Below, in pieces: positions 39,100 through 49,878 of a stretch of DNA of 64,000 nucleotides; the stretch's first letter is position 1; the number at the start of each line of letters is the position of its first letter. The notes below the pieces were generated by a model, which saw only the letters and a program-made list of their open reading frames with translations, made no database searches and was not told the origin of the DNA. Position numbers and translations under genes: made by a program. Source of the stretch: Raillietiella orientalis (lineage: Eukaryota); the NCBI GenBank assembly GCA_036172245.1, contig JAYWIR010000013.1, positions 3,348,001 to 3,412,000 of the forward strand, written 5' to 3'.

Positions 39100-39849
39100 T
39101 TTTGGTGTCTCAGCATGAACATGCGTACACCAAACTCAGTTGCACTAATTTCCGAAAATTCGGACGTTTCTAGTTCATTGTAAGGAAGAGCATTTTTTCT
39201 GCTCTTGTCATGAACCTAAAATGTCTCCATTACATGTAATTTGATGACAATTACTTGTGTATTCGGGTTTGATCATTCAAATGATAGCAGGGTTCAGTTT
39301 AATTTACTGTATCGTCACACGTTGTCAGTGCCATTCAGCATCACAACAAAGTTGTTGAGTGCCCCTTTTGTAACATACTGAAACACAGTTCTGTTTCCGA
39401 GCCAGAAATAAAAGTCAATCGATCGTGCTTAAGTGCAAAGTGCAAATGGATACGGTTCGGATGCGACACGTTCCCATGGCGATTCGAAACTGCGTGTGCC
39501 CTGATCAGCCTGAAACTGCTTTTCACCGAGCCGCTCCTCCGGAAAACCTTCCGCTAATGAGCCGTCTGCTCACGGCCGGATCGATAGGCAGCAACAGCAT
39601 CCGGCTGGGTCGGCGAATCCACGCAGTGGGTCTGCCACGATTTTCCGCCTCCGGTCCTGGAAAGGAAGTTACTTCCGGGTCCATCCCCGACCGTCATGGA
39701 GACTGGCGGTGTGTAAGCAGCCACCGGCCGTGGTTCTGTTTGCCACGTCAAGACTCGAGAAAGAGACTCCTCGTTTGCAGGAGTGGCGCGTCGGACTTTC
39801 AGGGTCCACCGAGCTCGAGGTCGGACAGACCAAAGTGCACACAAAAAGT

Positions 39850-41500
39850 TGAAGTGTTGCTTTTGACTGTGTTCCTGTATGCACACCGAAAAAAACACGC
39901 GAATCCGTGGTTTTCAACTTGTCAGGATCTCGAGTGCACGCGTAAGGGTCCGTCGCATTTTGCTTTGTTTTTCGGTTCTTGAGATATTTGCCGCCTTTAA
40001 AATGATTTGATTAGGTTGAAATCATCGGACATTTTTAAATTGCGCTGCTTAATGTCTTCGAATGCACCGCTGAGCTATTGCTGAAGTACATCCAGGCAAG
40101 CCTTGTCGGGGTTTCGTGAACCCCATAAATCCATTAGAGGTATTTTCAATCCGAGAAAGGGAGGCGCCACTGCTTTCAGCAAAAGCCACGATGTCTACGA
40201 GCAATCCATTGATGATCCAATCGCCCTCTGAAATAACCGTCATTGCATGATGAGATCCAGGAATGACTTTCCAGAGTGCAGCGACGGAACTGCCAGTGAA
40301 ACAAGAGCTCATTTCATTCGGATTGCATCGCAAGGGATTCGATTTTCTTTGTGTGGACACAAAAGATTTGGGGCCACAAGGAAGCACCACTAGTTGACGA
40401 AAGTAAAACCAAATTAATTTCTTGATGCGGTCTCGATGCATTAATACGGAAACAGGCTTCCCTATTGATTTTATCTACGAGTGTGGAAAACATGAAGGTC
40501 TCCATGAATTAATGCTTTTGTGTGTGTTTTGTGTTCATTTTGCAGGATGACGGTCATCCCCGGAACAACCGAAAGCACGGCCTGATGAGAGCTCTGCATT
40601 TCAGGAGCGACTAGCACCACGACTATCCCATTAAAGAAAGTCATCGAGGAAACGAGGCAATGGACAGCAAATCGATGACAGTGGTTCAGGGGAACATGAA
40701 GCTGAGAACATACCCATTCCCTACCATCTTGAGAGGACGTCTTTTCCCGCTGGATCGCACTGATTATCTGCAAATGAAGAAGCGCTTGGTAAACAGGATT
40801 CGAAGGTGCTTGTCGAAAAATGGATTCCCGATCCCCCCCTCCAGGCTTTCCGTCTCCTCTTGGGAGAATTTTAAACGGTTCTTTGGTCTCCATCAAAGGT
40901 GGTTAGCTAAATCACCTGACTGCGTCTGTCCCCTTCGTTCTTCCCCGAAGAAAACTGGTCCGAAACGTGCTCCCAGGCGGCGATCAGATATGATCAGGAA
41001 TCGCAGTCCGATGGATTGAGGTGCTCTTCGAGGGGAGTGGGAAAGGCTCTTCCGCCGAGATAGATTCCGCGAAAATGGGATCTCTTGTATGGTAAACGCA
41101 GCGCCGCTCCTGACGACGCCCTCGTTCAGATTTGGACCGAAGTCACTTCGGTATAGAGCTGACCGCAAATGGTTAAATGGGTGGTTCCCGTCTACAGCTC
41201 CCGCCGTGGATGTGGCGTGCCTCGGCGAGGTGAATCTTCGAACAGCCGGGTCATGACTTTTGATTTCGGGGTTTCTGAGACATGTGGCTGTTCTTCTGGT
41301 TTCTATGTTACAGGGGCATTTTTACGTTGATTTGTAAGCTGGAAACGAAGAGAATGACCTGTCTGGAGATTGCTGCAACTGTTCTCATTTGTGTGTGTAT
41401 GCAAAGAAAACTCTTCTGGATTGGTACATCAGTTTCCGGGCAGCAACCTCGCATCACATCTGAGGGCACCACTGTCTGGTGTAATAAAAGTCGTGCATTT
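39850..41500 (-). mobile_element. Decayed non-LTR retrotransposon ORF2 (I/R1/LOA-like RT and C-terminal region)
   Basis: Ordered remnants on -: RSDFGPNLN (cf. QGSVLGPTLWN) ~41140, WRPKNRLKFSQEETE (cf. W...NKLKFSPEKTE) ~40870, DKINREACFRINASR..NLVL (cf. IQRLACLRITGAMRT..ALEVL) ~40450, and a possible C-terminal zinc-finger relic ~39900. Stops and frameshifts throughout. Confidence 0.5.
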
Positions 41501-43055
41501 CCGTGAGAGAAAGGCGGGAAGAAAGTGCCATTGCTTTTCGATAGCGCAAATTATGCGGTCGGCACTGCCCCGGCGCTTCTGCAGCGGTGGCCGGAAGAGG
41601 ATGTTGCAAACAGTAGTGTGGAAGCGCACTGGAAATCCCGGACTGCTTACGCACCAGCTATGGCTTGGACGTGAGCAATCCGTGCTCGATGACGGGGCCA
41701 CCATGGAAGTGTCGTCGCTGTCGAACCTTCCACGAGGTCTAACCGATCTCCGTGACGCTATTTCCCAGCATTCCCAATGTCGCCTGTGGTCTCTGAGTCA
41801 GCCTACTGATTATGACGAGAATGCCTACAGCTGCCCTTGTTACACATTCCATTTCGAGAACCTTTTTTTTTTCCCCATCATGTGACAACCGCGGAAACCT
41901 TGTGCAGCCAAAAGATTGGTTGCTGAAAAGAAAATGAGGCATTCACGCACGCTGCCCGAAAGTTCCGTGGACTTCGATCATGGAAAAATCACACTCACAT
42001 AGGAAACGGTGGTCATGAAAGAAGGAGCGAGCTCGCTGTCAGGTGCATCGAGCCTCCTGCGCCATCGGTGGGTTGAAGGAAGTCGGCACGGATTTCCGGG
42101 AAAGTGCAGGTCAGCCCACCCCCCTCTTCCCGAAAGCACGGGAATCGCATGCTCCAAAAGAACCCGCATTGCCTCTGGGAGCGCAGCGGCAGCAGCAGAC
42201 GACTGCAGCGTCCCGCCAAGGTGAGCCACTGGGAGCGCGGCTGTTCGCTGATCACAAGGACGAAGATTCAGGATCCGGACGCTCTGGATATGGTGCGGGG
42301 AGGGGAGGCTGGCGAGGGTCGTCTTCTCACAGGAAAAGGACATGGGGAGGATGCGCATGCGGATATCTCCCCCCTCCCCTATTCGGATGCGGGGGGCACC
42401 TGGCGCCGGAGCCGCAGAAACCGCTTTCCAACGTGGTGCTTCCGTCGCTCCTCGACCGGCTCTCCATCCGCGAGGATGATGATGGGCAGCTGCCTCGGCA
42501 ACCTTCCGCTTCAGACCACCACGCATACCAGCGCTCTTCATCCAGTCCCGCCCCCTTCCCCATCGAATAGCTGCATGGAGGGGATACCAATGGGCTGAAC
42601 GGGTGCGTAGCGTTTCCCGACACCCTGACGCCCTCTCATCCGCAACTCCTGGCGAGTCCCGGAAGGCGGAAGCGCTCGGGGGAGCTTTCCACGAAACGTT
42701 CGATTGTTTTTATTTTCCAGCGATCGCAGCGCTCCTGACGTCGACCAGCAACTCTAACGATTCCGCGTGCAGAGAGGGAAGAAAAAAAAAAGGGAGAGGG
42801 GGGGGGGGAACAAGCGGTTTTGTTGTTGTTGCTGTTGAATCTTCGGCGCCCTCCGCCAGTCACGGACTGCCCTCGCTTGCACCCTTGCACCTGCGGTTCT
42901 TATTCTTGGAGAGCCTCGTCGATTTCTCCCGAGTCACCAGGAGACGGGACGCTGCCTCCATCTTCCCGTCGCACGTCGGCAGAGGAGGAGCAATCAAAGC
43001 TGCTTCTCACGGCGAGGTAGAGGGAAGAAGTTGCGCAGGGCGGTAGCCCGCCGCG

Positions 43056-45731
43056 TCACTTGTGCTTCGAGACGAGCCTGCGCTCCAGCCTCTCCAGCTT
43101 CTGCAGGACCAGCAGCAGCAGATCGGCGGCGCTCGGATCCAGGGCTGCTCCCCCTCGGTCCCCTCCGATCCGGCAAGACAGCCTCAGCCTCCCGGCGTCT
43201 TCCGGATGGGAGATCCCCCCCCGCCTGCTGACCTTCTTTTCCCTGACTCGCTCCAGGAGCGCGTCCTTGGTGAGCTGACCCAGGCGCTCGTCGCGGGGGT
43301 CGTCGACATGGACGCTGAGCACCCACCGATAGGCGGAGCGCACCAGCAGCGAGTTCCTCTGCAGAGTGTTCTTCAGGGAGTCTGGCAGGATGTTGATGAA
43401 GCTGCCAAAGAGCGTGGCCTCCATGCTCGCGATGAGCTTGGTGAGCCTGACCAGGGTTTCCAGGCCCGCCGTCTCCTTGAGCTCGTTGATGTCGCTGACG
43501 GCTAGTCCTACCAGGAGGTTCATCAGCACCAGCACGATGAGGAGGAGGAACACGCTGAAGATGATGTGCACCGTGCCTGGGTACAGTATCTGGCTTCTCC
43601 TGCTCTGTTCGTCGTAGAACATCTCCACGAACTCGATCTCCCCGGTCATCATCACTAGGGTGGTGATGAGGCTCTCGATGGGGTTGATGAACGAGCAGTA
43701 ACCGTTGAAGAGCACGTCGAAGCTGAGGCTGAAGGCGATGATGATGGAGCTGTACGCCAGCAGGAACTTCCCGAAGTCGATGGAGACGATCTTGAACATC
43801 TGCACGTAGAGGCCGAGGTGGTGGAACTTGCCGATGAGGACCGTGAAGTGCAGCCACGCGAAGACGATCGCGAAGGCAGCCACTTGACTCTGCCAGGGAG
43901 CCAGGAAGCCGCCGTCCCCGAGCTGAACGGGGCAGAGTAGAGCGGTGTGCAGGATGACCACCCACTGCAGCCAGTTCTCGAAGGAGTAGAGGTAGTCGCG
44001 CCACGGGCCCTGGCACATCTGGATCACCTCCTTCGCCCCCAGGATGATCAGCTCCGAGATGAGCAGGTAGCGGGCCGTGTGGAGATAGGCCGAACCGACG
44101 TAGAGGGACCGCTGCTCCGCCGTCGCCAGCCTGCTGCAGTCAGTCGTGTTCGCCGTGGCCAGCGTCAGGCACTCGTTAGAGAAGACGCAGAGGATGTACA
44201 GCGTCAACAGCAGCATGAAGTTGAAGTAGAAGGCGATGATGAAGTAGTAGTACTTCTTCATCTTGGTCCACTTCAGGTAGAGGAAGCTCTCGCAGAGCGG
44301 GTGCTTCAGGAGGAGCTTCTGGCCTTCTTTCACGAAGGCGAGCAGCAGGTCCGTCTCCCGCGAGTGGGCCGGCGGCACCACAGCACGGAAGTTCAGCAGC
44401 AGCTCGTTCTTCTGGTAGCACGAGTTCTCGGCGTAGTCCAGAGCGGAGTCGAAGAAGTGCTCCATCCAGGGGATGAGGGACGGCGTCTTGCGCACGATGA
44501 AGTTCAGGGCGGAGACCCTGCCTTTCGTCTCCAGGGTCATGTCGGCGCCAGACTCGATGAGGATGCGGGAGGTGTTCACGTTCTCGTTCAGGCACGCAAC
44601 GTGCAGGGGTGTGTACCCGTAGCTGTCCTGCGCATTGGGGTTGGCTCCGAACTCCAGCAGCAGTCTGAGGCACTCGTGATTGCACATCCCCTTGGAAGCG
44701 GTACAGAAGAGCGGCGTCCTGTTCTCGCAGTCCCTCGCATTGGGATCCGCTCCCGCCTCCAGAAGGACCTGCACGCTCTCCAGCGACTGGCTCAGCAGGG
44801 CCAGGTGCAGAGCCGTCTGCAGCCTCGAGTTGGCGCAGTCGACGGAAGCTCCGTGCCTCAGCAGCACCCGGATGCACTCTGCAGAGCCCACCTGCGAGGC
44901 CACGTGGATGGCCGCCGCCTTGTGCTTCCCCCAGCGGGCGTCCGCCGCCGCCTTCCTCTCGAGCAGCAGGTCGAGGAGGACCGCGTTGCCCTCGGACGCC
45001 GCCGCACTCAGCGGGGACTCGCCGCAGCATTCTGGAGCGTCCACCTCGGCGCCGGCGTCCAGCAGCAGGTTGACCGCGGGGGCGCTGCCCGCCCTGATGG
45101 CGTGGTGGAGGGCCGTGATGCCGTCGTCGCCGCGCAGGTTGACGTTCGCGCCACCCCGGATTAGCGCCCCCATCGCAGGGACATTCCCACAGGACGCCGC
45201 ACACATGAGGGGGGTCAGCGTGCGGCCCGCGTCCCATCCGTCCACGTCGAAGTTCCCGAGGACGAGCGCCGCCTCGACGCAGTCCGTGGAACCCCCCGCG
45301 GCGGCATAGTGAAGGGCGCCGTACCCGCGCCGGTCCCTGAACCTCGGAGAGACGCCAGCGGCGAAACACAGCTTCAGCATCCCCAGGTTGCCGTGCAGCG
45401 CCGCGCAATCCGCCAGCAGGCCCTTCGCCTGCTCCGACCCGGCCGACAGGACGACGTCCTGGAATTCTCCGCGGCGGGAGGCCTCCGCGATTCGGGCGAG
45501 ACTCAGGCCCGCCTCCTCGCACTGCTGGCCCAGAGACGACTCCAGGACGGACTTCCAGGAGAGGTGGTGGTGGGCAAGGGTCGCCGGCAAACCGCCCCTC
45601 TCGGCGGTCTCTTCTGGAGCTGGAGCTGCCGCTGCCGCGCCGTGGGGTGTGGCCGTCTGCACATCGCCGATGTGGTCGCCGGACGAGCAAGAGAAGCAGG
45701 CCTCCTCGTCTCTGAAAGGCTCCTCCGTCAT
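43056..45731 (-). CDS. TRPA-subfamily cation channel, pyrexia/waterwitch-like, 891 aa, single exon
   Basis: Uninterrupted ORF with ~9 ankyrin repeats, pre-S1 LLKHPLCESFLYLKW, six TM segments, pore TLVMMTGEIEF and S6/TRP-like LMNLLVGLAVSDINEL. Strong G/C third-position bias. A candidate AATAAA lies on - at 42709-42714. pyx versus wtrw cannot be resolved without a tree. Confidence 0.93.
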   Translation of the reverse strand: MTEEPFRDEEACFSCSSGDHIGDVQTATPHGAAAAAPAPEETAERGGLPATLAHHHLSWKSVLESSLGQQCEEAGLSLARIAEASRRGEFQDVVLSAGSEQAKGLLADCAALHGNLGMLKLCFAAGVSPRFRDRRGYGALHYAAAGGSTDCVEAALVLGNFDVDGWDAGRTLTPLMCAASCGNVPAMGALIRGGANVNLRGDDGITALHHAIRAGSAPAVNLLLDAGAEVDAPECCGESPLSAAASEGNAVLLDLLLERKAAADARWGKHKAAAIHVASQVGSAECIRVLLRHGASVDCANSRLQTALHLALLSQSLESVQVLLEAGADPNARDCENRTPLFCTASKGMCNHECLRLLLEFGANPNAQDSYGYTPLHVACLNENVNTSRILIESGADMTLETKGRVSALNFIVRKTPSLIPWMEHFFDSALDYAENSCYQKNELLLNFRAVVPPAHSRETDLLLAFVKEGQKLLLKHPLCESFLYLKWTKMKKYYYFIIAFYFNFMLLLTLYILCVFSNECLTLATANTTDCSRLATAEQRSLYVGSAYLHTARYLLISELIILGAKEVIQMCQGPWRDYLYSFENWLQWVVILHTALLCPVQLGDGGFLAPWQSQVAAFAIVFAWLHFTVLIGKFHHLGLYVQMFKIVSIDFGKFLLAYSSIIIAFSLSFDVLFNGYCSFINPIESLITTLVMMTGEIEFVEMFYDEQSRRSQILYPGTVHIIFSVFLLLIVLVLMNLLVGLAVSDINELKETAGLETLVRLTKLIASMEATLFGSFINILPDSLKNTLQRNSLLVRSAYRWVLSVHVDDPRDERLGQLTKDALLERVREKKVSRRGGISHPEDAGRLRLSCRIGGDRGGAALDPSAADLLLLVLQKLERLERRLVSKHK

Positions 45732-48700
45732 AGTCGTGGGGGCGCCGTCGCTATGGGAAACCGAGCATCGCTGCCGTCACTCCTCGCCTTTCCTCGAAAC
45801 AAGGGAGAGGAGACCGAACCTCTCGGTAACCTGGGAAAAGCAGGGAGAGACCGTGGGATTTGCAAGCAGCACGGTTTTTTTGGCCGCCTAGGTCCTTCTC
45901 TTTCCGGACTCTGGGAGAATTGGAGGAGGGAGTCCCCTGCGTGGGCGCGGCAGTGGGTCCGATGAGAGCAGTCAGCCCACTTAAGCACGTGGCGCGTGAC
46001 GAATGCCAGGTGGTGCGCATCTCCCTGACACCCCTGGCGCCTCCGCTGCTTCCTTTCCCGTTGCCCCTCCTCCCGAGTTCTCTTTTCGGACGCTTTCTCG
46101 CGGCGGGAAGGGCCGGGCAAAACGCGATCGGAGCAGCGACCACCGCCGCCGCTTCGCTCCCTACGGGCAGCCGGACGCACCTCGCGCCGCCGCCCTAGGT
46201 AGCTGGAGGGAAGGGAGGCCGCCGACGGCCCCTCCCTCGAGGCTCCCAAGAGAGCCGAAAACGCTCGACGGGGCCGCGCCGGCTAGCCTACCGATGTCGA
46301 GCTCTTCGCTGGCCCCGCTCCCAGTCGAAAACGAAAGGGCCGGCGAGGTCGAAGGTTTCGGTGCCCCGGGCTTCCCACGGGGGCGCGGTTTCCTTCCCGC
46401 CACGGTTCCCGCTCGCTCCTGGTTCTCGTCCGAGAAGGAAGAATGGGATACGGGGAGGGGGGGGGATCTCTCCGGCCGGTCCGGGCGAAGCGCAGCGTAA
46501 GGGGACGCGTTCTGGCTCCACGCCTCTCCGGCGCGGATCTCCTTCCAGAGAGTTCCGGCGCCAGCGCCGGAACGTCACAAGCGCGCCACGGGATGGCGCA
46601 CCGTCCGGCTCGTTCTTCTACGCTACCCCTTCCGCGATCCACAGAGCTCTGATCGGAGCACCCCCAGACGCGGATGCGCGCGGCCTGCGAGGGTCTTTCT
46701 GAAGCGACACGCGAAGTCTCGCCGTGAAAGTGAGGATGACCTCCTCACTATGACCCTAGCTGACGCGTGTGCACTTCTCCATGTGTGTGTGCTACCCCTT
46801 CATGTACCTAGGGTGTTCCCAACCCAATAGTAGTAGTGGAGCCGGAGAAGGAGAGAATCCACATGGCATTTTAAAAAAAAAAAAAATGGCCGCTCCAAAG
46901 GTTGCACTTGAGCAAACAAAAAAAAAAAAAAAACAGCTGCTTTAACATGGCGACCCCCCAGAGAGAGAGTTCTTCAACGGACAGCGAAAAGTTTGCCCGA
47001 GGCTGATCGATGAGACTCTTCGATGACGAGAAGATTTTCGGTGGCTTGTTTGCTTCTGTTTTCCCGTCTACGCCGGTGGAGGACGGGGGTGGGGGTGGGG
47101 GGACGCTCTGCGGAAGCAGCGGATAGCAGGGAAGGAACTTCGCACCCGCCGAAGGGACCCGACTGCGGCGGCCCCACCACCGCTCGTGCATTTTTTTTTT
47201 CCTTCAGTGGACTTACCGTGCTTTCGTTGCGGAGTCATGGCAGATTCGCAGAAACCCTGCAGAGCAGCGCCTTTCCGGCGATCCCCAAGTGCACGCACGA
47301 TCTGCTTATCTCACTGGTGTTGCTCTGGAAAATTCTTCCAAGGAGTTTAGGGCAACCCCTCCCTCTCTGTTTATATGAAGAGCTATTTTAAGGGGTGAAG
47401 TTTACCGGGGGGAAGCGGAAGGATGTAGAAGGAGTCTGGATGGGGGCAAGGAATGCGGAAAAGGAACAACACAGAAACAAACATCGCTTCATTGAAACGT
47501 GTGTCATTGAATCTGCAAGAAGTTCGACGCACGTTTTCATGTGTGCCGACTGACCAGTGGCAGCGCTGAACCTCGAAGATGATGATGAATCCACGTTTCC
47601 CGAACTATCACGACGGCACGCATTCAGATAAGGCACAAGGATGCCCCTCTTTCGATTCGTGTTTCGAGTGAAGATTCGGCACACTTTCGTGTTTTCGGAA
47701 ACGCTCTCGACACAGCCAGCGGAGGCGAGGCGAACAACGACTACGAACCGAAAGTATTCTAAATCTAATTTCGGTCGTTTCGCAGAGAGCAAACGGAACA
47801 GAGAAGTTAAAGGGAACCTTCCTTGCACTCTTCTTATCGTCGATTCATTTGGTCACGTTTCTTTCCGCAGTTTACGTCAGGATGTTTTGCTGAACCTCCC
47901 AGTGTTACCACCTTCCGCCTCGATGATTTCAGTTCCATCAATTCGAAAAGGATATTCAGTTCAGTGTATTCCCGAATGTCGACTGAGCAGGCATAATGGC
48001 AGAAGCATTTGCCTCCCCCCCCCCCATGTCTACAGAATCATTAGATAGCAGACAGCACACCCGCGTGCATAACGTGCCGGTTAAACCCGCGTTGCTTGTC
48101 GCACTGACTTGTTGATACGAAAGAACGAAACAGGAGGGACATTCGTAAACCAGGTTTCAGTCGTCGCAGGTCACAGAGTATGCGTTGAGGACCACCACAG
48201 ATCGGCCCAACAAACTCCGTCGCACGCGGGGATGCTGCATGTAGTCTGGGAACAATGCGAATTGGCACGCTCCTCTCCCGCGGAAAAGGGGGAAGGCGAA
48301 AGCAAAAGTTTAATGCGCAGCTTACGGGTCGTGAGCCCGGCCCGGACCAACCAGCTTACGAAACAGCAGAAACAGACAGTCAACTTTTCATCGCGTCGCC
48401 AGGTGCACCTCGTCATCGCGCCCTCGTCATCCTTTTTTTTGGTTTCACCCACTGAGTTGTCTTCACGACGGTCGGAAGCAATACGCAATGCAAACAGCAG
48501 GGAGAGATTACACGAATATCGAAGACCACGTCATGGAGCATGCAACAGGGGTGCCGCCGGCACTGCGGACTCTCATCGTTGTTCTTTCGTTCCCGCGACC
48601 TGCCATGTCTACAAACCAGCAAGATACTTTCGCAACTGACCACTCGTCCACTTGGAGCCTCAGGCCTTTTCTGCGTAGACCATCAACTGCGGAAATGTAA

Positions 48701-48938
48701 ATGTTTGGAAAAGAGACTTCAAACAGTCAGCTGCCAAGCGACCAACCGCAGAAACAGCAGCGCGTGTGCGGGGGGCATCGGACGAGTTGCCTGCAAGAGT
48801 TGCGTTTCCAAGTGGCAGCAGTAATGCTGAATAACGAGGAATTGAAATGAAGGGTGACAAGTGACCATGAGGGCCATTTTGTTGTTGTTGTGTTATGGTA
48901 TCCAATCTGCATCTTACAAATGATAGAAACATCTGACC

Positions 48939-49057
48939 TAATTCCCTCTAATATTCTATCCTACTAGTTTACATTCTGCCAGCTCTGGAGGTAGCTGTAG
49001 AAAGAGCAGCTAGAAAACACTGATGGAATGTAGTAGGAATAGATTAGGATGGAATTA
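48939..49057. repeat. Imperfect ~120 bp inverted repeat (hairpin)
   Basis: Left arm taattccctctaatattctatcctacta..cattc; reverse complement of right arm taattccatcctaatctattcctactacattc; inner stem tagctg/cagcta. Confidence 0.65.
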
Positions 49058-49203
49058 AGAATGGAAAGTACATGGTTATACATACATGTATAAGAAGAAA
49101 GATGCCCACCTCGAGTGATACACGTGCGGTACTGTGCACACACTATTCCATCAAGTAGGGATTAATTAATCGTGCATTATATATTAATGTATATATAATG
49201 CTT

Positions 49204-49226
49204 TATATATATATATATATATATAT
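49204..49226. repeat. (TA)n microsatellite
   Basis: tatatatatatatatatatatat seen directly. Confidence 0.9.
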
Positions 49227-49475
49227 GTAGGCATGCACTTTGGTTTCTTAATTTTTGCAAAATATTTATCGATATTTGATTTCGAGTATGTTCCATTCTC
49301 TAGCAATGTAATATTACTATTTTCCCCAAGTCCCACAAGAGGTGGGGTAAATTTGTTTTCTTTTAACATTCACTCAACAATCACATTCGTACACTTCACT
49401 AACAAACACAAGTAAACACTCCATACACTTCACTAACGTTCACTGAAGTTCACTTTTTGGGACGTCTGAAAAAGT

Positions 49476-49739
49476 TCACTGCATCCCTTTACCTTGGGGG
49501 CGTTTGGGCTTGCCCTCAGCCCTTCTCAGGATGTGACGGTAGTTCCAGGCCTGCACTCTTCCGCAGTTCCGGATGCCGATCTCCTTCTGGATGAGCCCTT
49601 TCAGGATGTCCATCGGAGATACGGCCGTCCTGGTGGTCTTCATCTTCCACCACCGCACAACAATGGCGGTGATGAAAAGGGCGATGGTCACTCTTACCAT
49701 GGGGTTATAGCGGGGAACTGAGTCAATTCCTTGGAACAT
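49476..49739 (-). other. Orphan 87-aa ORF with one hydrophobic segment, possibly a fragment of a mobile or viral element
   Basis: MFQGIDSVPRYNPMVRVTIALFITAIVVRWWKMK...; many codons end in C/G (ACC ATC GCC TTC ATC ACC GCC AAG); flanked by TA arrays. No family recognised. Confidence 0.3.
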
Positions 49740-49747
49740 CCCTGTTC

Positions 49748-49878
49748 ATACATATACACATATATATATATTATACATATACATATATATATATGAAATA
49801 CATTTCATATATATATAATATTTCATATAGTAATATTAAAAAAAAATTTTTTGAAACATTATATATATATATTTCATA
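49748..49878. repeat. Degenerate (TA)n/(TACA)n microsatellite tract
   Basis: Interrupted atatat/catata runs over ~130 bp, with a recurring atatttcatat unit. Confidence 0.85.

Noticed and set aside
39130..39700. Splice-like sites and short ORFs upstream of TMEM138 (including GTATCCATTT); considered a TMEM216-like neighbour as in chordates
   Set aside because: No multi-TM or conserved peptide could be assembled; more likely promoter (ACTTCCGG at 39671) and 5' UTR.
43947..45690. Long 405-aa (+) and 504-aa (-) ORFs overlapping the TRPA gene
   Set aside because: Antisense and alternate-frame shadows caused by G/C third-position bias; no domain content.
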